NCBI GenBank assembly: GCA_964016885.1
Contig: OZ024741.1
Location: forward strand, 140,740,001-140,804,000
DNA length: 64,000 nucleotides
Direction of reading: 5' to 3'
DNA from: Eledone cirrhosa
Taxonomy: Eukaryota
Made by a program: the position numbers and the translations under genes. The first letter of the stretch is position 1. Each line of letters opens with the position of its first letter. Below, one piece after another: positions 49,525 to 63,718 of the stretch. Under the pieces are notes generated by a model. That model saw only the letters and a program-made list of their open reading frames with translations, did not search any database and was not told where the DNA came from.

Positions 49525-52500
49525 ATGATTTATACCATATAATGCCAGTATTCAAGTTGTAGTAAGATGCTGATCCCACTATTCTTTTACGAAGAAAATA
49601 ATTCAAGATTCAGTGGTTTAGTTAAGTTTACTTTGCATTAAACAATTAATAGGAAAGCAGACTGAAGTCCCCCCCCCCCACACTTGTATGATAAAACTGA
49701 TTACGTGCAAGTGATTATATTTATCTAAAGCATCTTCAATTATAATTACATCTAAACATGATGTTACGTTCCAATCATCCTCTTTAATAGTTGTACTAAA
49801 TACTATTCTTAAAATTATTTTAATACTATCAGCATTGTTTTTATCATAAATATGTTAATAAAAGCTTAAAGGGAAGTGATAATTCCTCCACTTTACTGAA
49901 GGGAAATCCTAAAGCTAGATGAGAACCCTAAACATGTAGGGATAAATGTGACAAGGAAACATGCGAATGTACTAGATGACTGTAGTCCGTCAAAGTAGTT
50001 TACGCGTACTGAATGATGTGAATAATCTATAAAAACTGACATGAGATACTCCAACGAGTGACTAAATATTTAAATTTATCCTTGTAATCTCTAAGCACTG
50101 TGGCAACTTGACACATTGCATAGGAATTGATAACAGAAGGCCAATGATATAAGAGAATATTATAGAAGATAATATATAGGAGAATATATATTAAGCATGA
50201 AATAATTGTTTCTACTTTACTTTCTACTTTTGGCACAAGGCCAGATTAAGCATGAAATAATAGAGGCAATTGGAATAGATATTTTTAAATGCTGGTTTTA
50301 ATAAGCACTCGTGATAGTTAAATTTCAAATCAACCTGGTATAGAAATACAGATTATTCAGAAAGGGATGAAGTGGTTGGAGTTAATGGGCATTGGTCTCA
50401 GATGATACGGGATAAACACAAGAAGGATTCAGATATCATGATTGTCACTTCATAATATATAATTAGGAAATTAATCCACATTTAATCGACAGGTGTATCA
50501 TGTTTCGTAGTATACATCAGTAATCAACGGGAAATCCGGAACATTTCCTGCTCTGAGCTGTTGGAATATATATAAATGAAATCATAAGGGTTACATATAC
50601 ACACAAACAAATTGCCTGAAGATTATGATCCCATATATGTTTCTGAATATATAAATGAAACGGGAGGAAGGATTCGCAATTTCCTGGCTTTTTTACGCTT
50701 CATCGTTCCTTATATGCATAGAGATGGCAGAATTATCCCTGGTTCTATCAGTTTGTTACAGATACTGCAGTACTCTACGGTTTTGTAGGGTAGGTAAACA
50801 AATGAAAGTGAGAAAGGATCAGATATATGCTGTACAGAATTGTAGGGAGCAAAGGGAAAGTTAAAAGAGTAGCAGTTTAGAAATGGTTTCCATTATTGGA
50901 ATGAAGCCTTGCTAAACCACTTCTTCGGCGATTTTAGCCAACTATATCTCCATCGTATATAAACTGCAAATAGTTCTTCACATAGGAACGCTTTTAATGT
51001 GTTTTTACTATTTATTGATACGATTATCTGTAACCAATTTCTATTAAATCACTAAATTTTGTGACAATGGGTCCTACATAGCGGGATTCAGAATAAAAGA
51101 ATGTATGTGCATATATACAGTATGATATGTTTAATCATGATAAACATTCATATATTCTTGTTTTTATATGTTGTATGTATTTCATTGTATACAATCCCAA
51201 ATTCATAATTTAGCCCGGTTTGATAAGTGGCATATCTCTATGTTAACGGTGTGATCAGGTCCCTCGACACGTAAAACGTATTCTCAGTATGTGCATTATT
51301 ATTTCTTCATTAGGTCACTTCTGTTTCTAATATCAATTTTGTGAAAGCAAATGTTAATAACAAAAAGGTCTGATTTCTTTACATTCTATCGAATGCACAG
51401 ATTCTGTAATCAGAATAATTAACAAATCCATAAAAGGCAACGAAACTGTGCTTTGCATGAAGCAAACAAACACCACGGCAGACCGAGATATTTCTTTTAA
51501 AGATGATGGAATGTAAATATCGATGGTGCCAGTAGCAACCATTTTCTTAAAGGTTATCAAAACAAGTGACTGTTTATCGTGTTGAAAATGATCTTATTCG
51601 TTCTTTTCGATTTATTGACTTTTCGGGATTTTTGTTTTAGTTTACAATATTTTTCTGTCTTGCAAGCGTCTAAATTATGTTGGCCGCTAGACTATTAATT
51701 CTAATTCAAAGATATCCATATGTTTGTTTTCTCTCGCAATCTGACTGTTACCCGGTCTGAAACCAAGCAACTGAATACAATTCAGATAACTTACCATTCA
51801 AATATAGTATTTTCTAATATACAGATTGGCTATGAATTCCGACAAAATATTCATAATGTATTTTCTACAGCTTAACAATTACAGAACAACAGTTATAATA
51901 GATTTTAAATAAAAAGATGTTTCAGTGTTAACTCCTCTGATAATGATGTAGAGAACTTTTGAAATGTGTAGTGATTAGATCTAGACGAAACACAAGCGAA
52001 ATTTACATCGTGAATACACTACACACAAGTCTCTGGTAGCTAAATGGTTAAAGGAGAAAGAATGATCCCTGTATATACAAAGGAGAAATAATTATTACTT
52101 CTTCGGTAGTTATATAAACGTTCATACAGGGTGTTTCAAAAACACTGATATCAGTAGCCTGATACCAAGTGTATCACATTAAAAACATATTGTGAATTAG
52201 TGTCATGAGGTTGACAACTTTTGAGAAATAAATGTTACGTTGTTCAACATTAAGCCTGCTCTGTCTCGTTGTCCTAGACTTTCTGAGATATTTACTTCTC
52301 AAATGATATAAGGCTTTGAAACATCCTATACAATGACCTTGAATATACCAGACCCAAAAGAAAAATTGTTGGACCGTCAGAGATCTACATCTTTTTATTT
52401 CTCTGTTGGGCTTACGGAATCTCAGGTCCTTGTTCATTCATGTGTATTGCTGCTGACCATGTACAATATTTAATAATTCTTTTCTTATCTCGGTATATCC

Positions 52501-54886
52501 CGCCCCACATAAATTGTAATAATATAAGCATTAGTTGTATAAAATTAGCTGAAACATTTGAAAATCAATTAAATGGTTTAAGAAATATATTTTTGTCATT
52601 TCAATCTGTTGTATATTGTCTGTGTCGCTTATTTCCTCTATTGTTTACTTAACATATCTTTCCTAATTTCAATATGGTATGGTGTGGTCCTGGTGGAGTC
52701 ATAGAGGAGCCGTAGTGGCATACAATGTTTCTTGAACATCTTAAGCCTGGCGGAGTCCATCTCCCCTCCAGGTCTGAATACAGCAGATTTCTTCTAGGTA
52801 GTAAGGGAAATGCGAAATGCGAAATGGATATAGAAGAAGAATCGCCCCCACTAATACACTTTTCTCGAAGGGAGGAAAGGCAAAGTTGACCTCGACGATG
52901 TTTGAACTAAGAAAGAATACTGCAAATCAATCTATCCAACGTTTTAATGACTCTGCCAATTTGCCGTCATGATTTATATATATACTGACAAAATCCTATT
53001 GTCACTACACAGCGGCGTCCTGCTTAAGGGTTGGTTCAGATCTCAATGCCAAAGTTTTGTGGTAGCACCACAGCAGTCTTCGCTCCTAAGAGTAGAGTGT
53101 TACATTTTTCAGCCTCCCCTCGGATCTCATCTCCTTCATTTGGTCAATCTCCTTGTTGTAACTTCGTTGGATTGCTTCAGTTTCTTTGCTTAGATTGATA
53201 TTGTGGGGCAATCACAAGTGATAGTAATAGTCCAGTCGGTTGAGTACAAATGTTAGAAATACGGATGACGTTATCTTTTTCTCCAGCCATGCTGTAGATT
53301 TTGTAACTCCATTTTCGTAATTTATTTTAAATAAATGCACGTGTTTCTTTATTTGAAGGTTTACAACGCTAATTCATTTCATTTTCCTTATAATTATATA
53401 ACATTTCCAAATATTTTACTATGTCGTTAATTTCAATGTATATTTGCTTTGGTTTATATTTCATACGTGGTTCCATATACTTAATATAATTTATTTTTTG
53501 TTACTGAGACTAACTTCTATTACAGTTTTCAATATTTACTTCTTTTTCATTGATTTTGATTTCAATTCTACCAACCGGTTCTATAAATATATTATATTCA
53601 GGATTCACAATAACAATTCAATTAACGCCGGAATATTTTTTCCAACATTTTTATATTTTGAAATTGAAGCCTGCAGAAACAATATCCATTACAATATTTT
53701 GCATTGTTGTTTATTTTTCTATATAACAAATCATATGCAGCATTATTTACTACTTTATACACGTTTGTAGTTCTTAATTTTGTAACAAAATTGTTTTTCA
53801 GCTCTTACTTTAAAAAGTAATGAAATATGTATGATAATATCGAAGAAAATACATGCAATATGGGATATGAGCAAAGTAAGAAAACCACATAGAAACATTA
53901 TTGGATATCTGTGATTATTTTACAACACTTGAAAGAATTCTTCTCGCGTGTTAGATGTTAAAATTACGAGGCAGTCTATTTTTCAAAGCAAAGCAATACT
54001 TGCTAATTAGATACTGCAAAGTTTCACTCAAAAACTACCCAAAATATATACCTTTTTTAAAGTAATCTTGAACGTCCTAACGAAGAAAATAACTAGAAAT
54101 AAATACGAAGTTTGAATACAAAATATTGAAAACAAATGTGACAGTTTCAGGCATAATTTTTCAATTCTTTACATAGTTTTATTCTATAAATTTGATAGGA
54201 ACCCACATCATTAATGTATATTATATCACATATTTCCCCGCCGAATATGTACAATCACATTTTTTTTAACCACCTCACTATGCAAAAAGAAGTATATGCT
54301 ACAGCCTATACATTATTTCTATATTCACCAGTTGCAACAACACATTTTAGTTGTATAAAGTGTAAAACACAATTTAATTTATGTATACACATATATGTAG
54401 GGCATTGCTTGCCATATAAATATGATTCCATACAAACCTGGGCGCATGAATACAAATAATAGAAACACACAATAGAAACCATGGAAAACAAAGTGCTCAG
54501 ATGAATCTTCATTGGCGTGAAGCGCGTAGCACATACATAACACTGGTTCTACGAGATAATGCTCTCATTACACTCCTTAAAGTGCTTGTTGACAGGAGAA
54601 ACAAACAGCTACAGAGGCTACGTAAAGAAAGTGTTGGGGTGAGGGGAGACTTGAGTTACCCGAAATCTCGACAACCTCACTATTTGTGGTGCAACGTTAA
54701 AATACACCCAGTACACAGAGTGGTTGGTAATACGAAAGGCATCCAACTGTAGAACAAGGAAAATCCAGAATATATAAAGTACGAAAACAGAGTGTGCAGT
54801 TCACAGCGGGACTGAGACGAAACCGGGGTTGTATATTGAATCATATAAAAGATATTTATGTATAATATACTTCCTTGAAAATCTCA

Positions 54887-55282
<396 letters not shown>

Positions 55283-55547
55283 ATATATATAAATGGAATA
55301 ATTGTATTGTGTTGTGTATTACACATAGTTGAACGTTCGAAAGTATATACTTTCCTTATGAAAATTAACGGCTGAGCAGCTTAATTTGCATATCGAGTGA
55401 GTTAAATCGGTCAGGCATGCCGAAAACGATAAGTTGAAATAAAATGAAAACGAAATTTCATTTCTCACTCTTAGTACGGCACTTACTTAAATGTAAGTGT
55501 GTATGTATACGCACATACATATATGCATACAGACGCACAGTAGCATG

Positions 55548-55627
<80 letters not shown>

Positions 55628-55778
55628 CAGGTACACATACATATATGCACGTATCAGTTTAGCGGACGCTTATTATAACGCCGCTTTGTTCGTTTGTAAA
55701 CAACCTGAACAGCCTGAATTTATGCCATACGGTGTTAAGGCAACCACGTCACCTTTTTGTTCAACACTGACACAGGAA

Positions 55779-55819
55779 CGATGGACTAGTTTCAAGCTTG
55801 TTAGCTATCATCAGCACCG
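55779..55819 (-). ncRNA. Type I hammerhead ribozyme (GUC)
   Basis: cggtg-CTGATGA-TAGCT aaca AGCTT-GAAA-CTAG-TC|catcg. Stem I 5 bp, palindromic stem III ACTAGT. Confidence 0.78.
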
Positions 55820-56007
55820 TATACCATTCTGCCAGATAGTTGAACTTTCGAAAGTATATACTTTCCTTATGAAAATTAACGGCTGAGCAGCCTAATTTGC
55901 ATATCGAGTGAGTTAAATCGGTCAGGCATGCCGAAAACGATAAGTTGAAAAAATATGAAAACGAAATTTCATTTCTCACTCTTAGTACGGCACTTACTTA
56001 AATGGAA

Positions 56008-56048
56008 CAATGTACTAGTTTCAAGCTTGTTAGCTATCATCAGCACCG
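56008..56048 (-). ncRNA. Type I hammerhead ribozyme (GUA)
   Basis: Same motif ending ...GAAACTAGTA|cattg. Confidence 0.75.
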
Positions 56049-56266
56049 TATACCCTTCTGCCAGATAGTTGAACGTTCGAAAGTATATACTTTCCTTATG
56101 AAAATTAACGGCTGAGCAGCCTAATTTGCATATTTATTTCAACTTATCGTTTTAAGCATGCCTGACCGATTTAACTCACTCGATATGCAAATTAGGCTGC
56201 TCAGCGTTAATTTTCATTAGGAAAGTATATACTTTCGAACGTTCAACTATCTGGCAGAAGGGTATA

Positions 56267-56307
56267 CGGTGCTGATGATAGCTAACAAGCTTGAAACTAG
56301 TACATCG
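56267..56307 (+). ncRNA. Type I hammerhead ribozyme (GUA)
   Basis: cggtgCTGATGAtagctaacaagcttGAAActagTA|catcg. Confidence 0.78.
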
Positions 56308-56457
56308 TTCCTGTGTCAGTGTTGAACAAAAAGGTGACGTGGTTGCCTTAACACCGTATGGCATAAATCAGGCTGTTCAGTTTGTTTACAAACGAACAAA
56401 GCGGCGTTATAATAAGCGTCCGCTAAACTGATACGTGCATATATGTATGTGTACCTG

Positions 56458-56497
<40 letters not shown>

Positions 56498-56547
56498 TGC
56501 TACTGTGTGTCTGTATACACATATGTATGTACGTATACATACATACT

Positions 56548-56579
<32 letters not shown>

Positions 56580-56583
<4 letters not shown>

Positions 56584-56871
56584 AATGAAGTAATTCCGTC
56601 GGAAAAGTCCAGGAAAAAGGAGTGCTCTATGTAGGTAACAGATGTATTACTTACCACGCGTGTCTGTTCGTCTACCCGTCGTTTGTATCGCTGTCAACTC
56701 TATAATAATCTTTATTATTATTTTATTTTTTCATATATATTTTTTCTTATATTTATTTGCGTGTGTGAATATGTAGAGGAGTGTATATTTTTCTAATTTT
56801 GTACATGTATATGTACGCATTTATGTACGTGTATGTATGTACGTGTGTATATATATGTGTGTGTATGAGTG

Positions 56872-56966
<95 letters not shown>

Positions 56967-57196
56967 ATGATTTTGTGTGTGTGCGTGTTTGTGTGTGTGT
57001 TTGCATGAGTGGTTGTATTTTATTTTTCCTTTCCTTCTTTCTCCAACCTCACTTTCATATAGATTGCATTTTTTTTTTTAAAATCCAAATTCAATAAACA
57101 GACCAGGATTTTTTCATTCTGAGGATTGAAAGCAAAATCTTTTGCTTTTAAGAAACCACTGGTAAATGGAATAATTGCCTTATGTTGTTTATTACA

Positions 57197-57200
<4 letters not shown>
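56580..57200 (+). mobile_element. Non-coding PLE derivative: inverted tail plus HHR-bearing arm
   Basis: 56585-56650 resembles the reverse complement of 58325-58388. 3' part is homologous to 58275-58316. Confidence 0.7.
57112..57171 (+). ncRNA. Canonical type I hammerhead ribozyme
   Basis: tttcatt-CTGAGGA-TTGAAAGCAAAA tc TTTTGCTTTTAA-GAAA-CC act GG-TA|aatggaa. Stem I 7 bp, long stem II, stem III 3 bp. Confidence 0.85.
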
Positions 57201-57237
<37 letters not shown>

Positions 57238-57314
57238 CGAAGGAAGTGTGGTAAGGAACCAGATGGACCATAATGAACCAGAGCACTCAATACTTAGGGT
57301 AGTAGAGTGGGTAA

Positions 57315-57563
<249 letters not shown>

Positions 57564-57579
57564 CAACACAATAGAAATA

Positions 57580-57651
57580 TTCGATTTACCAAAGGTTTCA
57601 GGATGACAGGTGAGCTGAACAGAGACGTATGAAATCGTTCATCAGAAAGAA
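57580..57651 (-). ncRNA. Hammerhead ribozyme, inverted-arm copy (diverged)
   Basis: rc: ttcttt-CTGATGA-acg...cct-GAAA-CCtttGG-TA|aatcgaa. Confidence 0.6.
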
Positions 57652-57870
57652 AAGTTTAATATGGATGTATGATATGAAATTACAAACAAAGGCTATTACA
57701 ATTGAAAGCGAGACTGAAATAAAATAAAAATTAATAATATAAAATAGAATAACTGGAAAAATATACACACTGAGGCAGAACGTAAGGTTAGTGGGTAAAA
57801 ATAAATGCATATATATATATATATTGTTATACTTTGGGAGGGTCATGTTGCTAAACAAATTCAGAAATGA

Positions 57871-58016
<146 letters not shown>

Positions 58017-58023
58017 GTATGTG

Positions 58024-58064
<41 letters not shown>

Positions 58065-58220
58065 GTATTTATTTTTACCCCGTAACCTTACGTTCTCCAT
58101 CAGTGTGTATATTTTTCCAGTTATTTTATTTTATTTATTTTTTTTTATTTTATTTCAGCCTCGCTTTCAATTGTAATAGTCTTTGTTTTTAATTTCATAT
58201 CTTACATCCGTATTAAGTTT

Positions 58221-58292
58221 TTCCTTCTGATGAGCGATTTCAGACGTCTCTGTTGAGCACGCCTGTCTTCGTGAAACCTTTGGTAAATGGAA
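58221..58292 (+). ncRNA. Type I hammerhead ribozyme with extended stem II
   Basis: ttcctt-CTGATGA-GCGA...TCGT-GAAA-CC ttt GG-TA|aatggaa. Confidence 0.78.
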
Positions 58293-58467
58293 TAATTGTG
58301 TTGCGTTGTTTATTACGTATTTAAATAGGTCTGTAGCATACTTAGAGCACTCTCCTTTCCTTTAACTTTTCTAAGGAAATACTTCATATTTACACACACA
58401 CATACACACATACACATATATATATACATATATACATATATACATATATATTTATATATATATACAT

Positions 58468-58536
<69 letters not shown>

Positions 58537-60954
58537 CGTGTGCGTGACAAAGAAGTTATTTCAATTTCAGCTATTGTCCTTTATCACAGAAGTTTGGAAA
58601 TAATTTTCTTTATATTGATCAATTCTGCTGATGCATGTATTCCTGCATGTAAATACAACTGCAAAGTTATTGTCACTGAATGTTTCAATATATTATAATA
58701 TTTTGTTACAGCTTCATTAAATTTCATTGTATGAAAACACTTTAGAGATCAAGATAATCAATACTTTTATATCACTGTCAGTTGGGAGTAGGTTTGTTTC
58801 ATATTTCATATTTAAATATTTATTAATATCCTTTTGATAAAGCTTTATTCATTGAACCTAAGAATGAAATATAGTATTGAGCGACTCGAAATAATTGCAT
58901 TGAAACTAGAAGTAACCCCGTTTGTATGCCATTTATTTCCAATGAAAAAATAAGCATTAAATTGTATAAGATAAATATATATTCTAAAAATTATATATAC
59001 AGTAGAGAAATCATATAAATCTATAAATGTATTTCAATTACATCAATTTCAATTTACTAGAGTCTTCTATTTTGTTCTTAACTATATATATTATCATTTC
59101 GTTACACATTTTTCCCAATATATATCGAAGCTCAGTGACATGAGACAAGAGAATTGATCTTGCAGAAATATTGAAGTCAATATTAGATTAATTTACTCTC
59201 TTCGTGTGACTACATTTATTCATCGATCAGGTTCAACTCTACAGGGAATAAACGATGTCAACATACCTGTGTTGTAGCTTTTGTTCAGCAAATATGCTTA
59301 ACGAACGTCGAAATAATTTATTGCAGTAAAAAAGCAGTATATATAACAATGGATGTTAAATAAAACAGAACAGTTTTTTCCTAACATATATTTAATTTAA
59401 TTAATCGAATAAGCTAGTAATTGGCTGTCTGTCATAACTTGGAATGCTAATTTTCATATAAATTACATATAGTAAACGAAAAGAAAATGCGAATTAATTG
59501 AATGATTAGGTTAAATAGGGAAACGTCATATAACTAGATGTGGTTGTGTAACACGAAACCATAGTCTCCTAGCATTTTCCAATAAAATACATGATGGTAA
59601 TTATATACTGTTTAGCAATATAAAAATATAAAATTAGACAACTTTGATAGTTTTCATTGCTGGCACTGCGTTTTTTATCAGTAACACAATATAGGAAATT
59701 GAATACGAAAGAATTTACAGTCGTCATTCTTTGTCATAATACCATTATGATAAATGTCACGATTGATATATCATCTTCATATTTTATTACATATAATTAC
59801 ATTATAAATATTACTTTGATGTGTATCATGTCATTGCTTGCTGAAGTTGTAAAAGTGCAGGTGTAGATAAAAATATCCCTATACTTAGTGTAGAAATATA
59901 TCCATTGATAGTAATATGAAATAGTTGTAGTGTTTCTGCTCGGTGTTATCTTGATACCTAAATAAGGACATAATAACAGACATAGCAGGCGTTTGTTCCA
60001 GAAATATCCACACGCATATATTTCAGACTTATTCATTATGGAGTTTTCTATATGACCAGTTGGGTAAGGCAACCTTACTATGGGCTCGGTTTGATTGAGA
60101 GTAGAATTTTGTAGAGACAAACAGCAATAACCCCTCGAACATAGACACATACATACGCGCGCACGTGTAAGTTTACGTATCCCTGCATCCGTTTCTAAGG
60201 TTACCTTGATATATGTGTTTGTATTTAAATGTTTGACAAAAAAGACATTGAATAAATACTACGCATCAAAAGATAATTACTGGAACAAATACAAAGAGAA
60301 AATGAATGGTACTGTCATAATAATATCTCTACATATTAACCTACCTATTAAATATATTCCAGATAATAATCTCTGTAGAAAAAACAAAGCCCGTTGAATG
60401 TCTACAGTTTTGCAAAGCCTGAAGTAATGTATAAGGCGGTGAAATGTCAAAATCTTTAGAATGTTGTTTAGAATGATTTTCGGCCTTCCCCTCGATTATC
60501 TGCATTCACAAATCAAATTCCGATTCGAACTATGCATTCGATTCGAACTATGCATTCACCCGTTCGAGGTTGATAATTATAGTAGCATTCCAGATGAAAG
60601 AGCACCACCTTTCTCTCATGATTAGCTATTGCCAATGACCCACCACTAATTTTGTCAAAACATGCTGATTTGGCGAAAAGGAGACGTGGTCCTTGTATGC
60701 CATTTCCTGTGTACAGGCCACTGATGATATCCATGGATTCAGCTTTATATCGAAATCATCGCAAGTCGTATACACACTTTATATGATATTAATCAAAGCA
60801 AAGGTTGATAGATCTTGACACCTATGTCGTTGCAGCTGATGCACAATATATATATATATATATATATATATCATATATAGTAAAATATGTGAAACCTCTG
60901 GTGCGTTATGGTCCATCTGGTTCCTTACCACACCTCTTTCGTTATATATATATA

Positions 60955-61220
60955 TATTGTTATACTTTTGGAGGGTTATGTTGCCAATAAGAAACACACG
61001 CACCAGTTGCTTACACTTCAATTTATTATAATAAATTTATAAATTTATGAATTTATAAATTTCCGGTTGGTTGGTTGGTTCCACAACCAGATGATTGTTT
61101 ATATATTGTAAAAGTTCTTTCGTCACACATTCTGTGACCTCTTAAGTGACTGGGGATTCTTTTCTTTGTTTTTGTGCCTCTCCTTTGTTCTGTCCTACGC
61201 CATCTTGTTTGTGTGTGTGT
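60955..61220 (-). mobile_element. Tail-less copy of the 32825-33395 pLTR family with a mutated HHR at 61108-61150 (core CTTAAGA)
   Basis: Direct reverse-complement similarity to 33075-33340. Confidence 0.8.
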
Positions 61221-61559
61221 GTGGACAACGTGTGAAAAATTCATTTCTCGTGTTTAGGCAATCACTATGAATTTTTCACACGTTGTCCACACGTCGCCAA
61301 ACAACTATTGCATAACTACAAAGCTCCGGACTGATTCCTTGTAATTTTAATTTCAACTAAAAATGTTCGGACTTTCGCAGTTATCTCCCTTACACCTCTC
61401 GCAAGCATTGTAGTATTGCCTGTGGGAGGTGACCGCGTTTCCGCGCATGCGCGTTCGTACTGTTGTTCTTCCTGCTCCTATAATCATGCCCATTACGAGC
61501 TGAGGATCCGTTAAGGTGAAACGATTGTTCTCGGTATGGTGAACTAACTGTTGTGTAAC

Positions 61560-62489
61560 CACTTCTATATATATATGTATATATGTGTGTGTGTATACAT
61601 GCATGTATATATGTGTGTATGGGTATGTGTGTGTATGTGTATTTATGTGTATGTGGTTGTGTGTGTATACCCTCTATTTTATATGTATGTGTGTGTTTGT
61701 GTGTACATATATGAGTGCATATATATTTGTGTATATGTGTGTGTATGTATTTATGTGCCAGTTCGCATTTCCATGTAGACGCAATTACGCTTATGTGAGA
61801 AAGTATACGTCTACGTACTATTACGTATATGTGCGTGGTTGAGTGTGTGTATCTTTATGTACTGGATATTTATTTATATATTTTTTCCCTTAATTCCATT
61901 TTTAGTAGTAGTGTGCCACGTTGTAGTAGGGTGCCGTTCTGTCAAAGATTGGTTTATTAGAGGAGAGGTTATAGAATCTAGTACCAATATTATTCACGAA
62001 GTTTCTAAAAACAGTAGGAGGGTGGCATGAGTGCTTGTGTATGTAATTAAGTTTTTCATTTAGTTTGTGGCAGGGTCTGAAGGTGTGGGTGCGAAGGACT
62101 AAATATATGTCTAAGTAATCTAGGGAGATTGGTAGCTACCGTTATCCTCAGTCCTAACTCATTAAAAGTTGAAATTAAATCTTTTTTAAACCGGTTCAGG
62201 TCGTGACCACTTTTATGGCTCGATAAGTTCAGACGATCGTCCACGAATCTAGTACGTAATATATCTAAAATAAATAAGCCAACCAAGTCGCATACATTAG
62301 CACTATCGAATAATCCCATTGAGACGTCGAATAGTTCTGAGGTAATTGATTCTTCGTACGGGCTACTCCGGTTTTGAAGAGGAGGGTTTTCCGGCAATGT
62401 GCGATGATCTCCCTGTCTGAATCATGGACGGTAGTGTAAGTGGTAGCAAAGTCCAACGCCTTCTTTAACAGGGTCACTGAGATCAACGG

Positions 62490-62490
<1 letters not shown>
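61560..62490 (-). pseudogene. Naiad-type PLE RT fragment
   Basis: ISVTLLKKALDFA, IIAHCRKTLLF, FDVSMGLFDSANVCDLVGLFIL, FNELGLRITV. Confidence 0.8.
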
Positions 62491-62530
<40 letters not shown>

Positions 62531-62536
<6 letters not shown>

Positions 62537-63300
62537 TATAAAACTGAAATTGTCTGTGTGTATGTGTGTCCTAATTTTGGCAAAGGCTACAAAGGCTATA
62601 CAAAACCACATTTCTACTCCGATTGACTTCAAACTTGCATTTATATATATCTTGCGGTCTAAAGATATTAACTGCAGGTTTTATTTTTCAATTTTCTGTT
62701 GTTAAATCCGTTTTTTTTTCACTAAAACCTTAAGCCCTTTTTGTCAGTGCAGTTCGGCGGTTTGTCTACAATGTTCAAGAGAAACAACTCTTTAGTATTT
62801 TGAAAGAGTTACCTCTCTTTATAGGCTATATTATCTCTACTTAAACGTACATCCCTTGAAAATCTTGATGGTGATCCCAATAGTTACCCCGAAGCGTTCT
62901 GCATCCGATATAACAGTTCGGTCTATATCAGATTGGGTAGATTTGTGTAACCTTAAAAGTATCCAACTAAATTCCTTTATGCTTTCCACCATTGCAGTCC
63001 CACATGCTTACTGCTGTGTAACTTGCATTGTACCATAGCACAACAAATAGATGTTCGGTTTGTCGAATGCCTTTTTACTTAACCCTTTCGTCTTGGCTTT
63101 CGTGGGTTGAACATTTTACTCTCAGGCACCCAATTAAGTTAAACCCCTGGTAATCTACGACGAATTTTGTTTATAAGCAGAAAATCTAGACACCATTCCC
63201 AGGCTGAGGTATTCCGTACTTCTCTGTACTGTTTCAGAAAGGAGTGATAAACATTGCAATCTATGTTTAGAACCCCGAGCAACGCCGGGCCATTCGGCTA

Positions 63301-63301
<1 letters not shown>
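62531..63301 (+). mobile_element. Non-autonomous Helitron
   Basis: 5' atatataaaactgaaattgtctgtgtg. 3' hairpin cccgagcaacgccggg (63274-63289) followed by CTAG|T (63298-63301). Confidence 0.75.
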
Positions 63302-63349
<48 letters not shown>

Positions 63350-63647
63350 AAAATGAGGGTTTTTTTTAAATGAAAAAAAAACGAGCTGTCCTACACGAGT
63401 TTTAGTATAAGGAAAAAAGATGAACTCGAAAATTCAGCTGAAGTCTTTTTAAGAATATTTATTTGTTTCCATTACCTGTTTCACAGTTCTCATGGTTTTC
63501 AAAATTAGAATTGAGTTGGGGGGGGGGGGGGGTTCTCGCATCTCAATTCTACTTTTGAAAAGCATAAGAACTGTGAAACCGGTAAAGAAAACAGATAAAT
63601 ATTCTTAAAAAGACTCCAGTTGCATTTTCGATTTCATCTTTTTCCCT

Positions 63648-63718
<71 letters not shown>

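Larger units (their letters stand above)
55325..56550. mobile_element. Retrozyme-like non-coding tandem and inverted repeat with three HHRs
   Basis: Unit recurs at 55325, 55836 and 56065 (periods 511 and 229). Inverted copy from about 56134. (TA)n flanks. Confidence 0.82.

Noticed and set aside
52125-52150. Tc1/mariner-like end TACAGGGTGTTTCAAAA (similar lone end at about 2385-2408)
   Set aside because: No matching second TIR or transposase found.
55885-55905. Octamer motif ATTTGCAT in the retrozyme-like unit
   Set aside because: A single 8-mer in AT-rich DNA, with no PSE or other promoter evidence.
59797-60150. 117-aa ORF
   Set aside because: No recognisable motif, and such a length can arise by chance.
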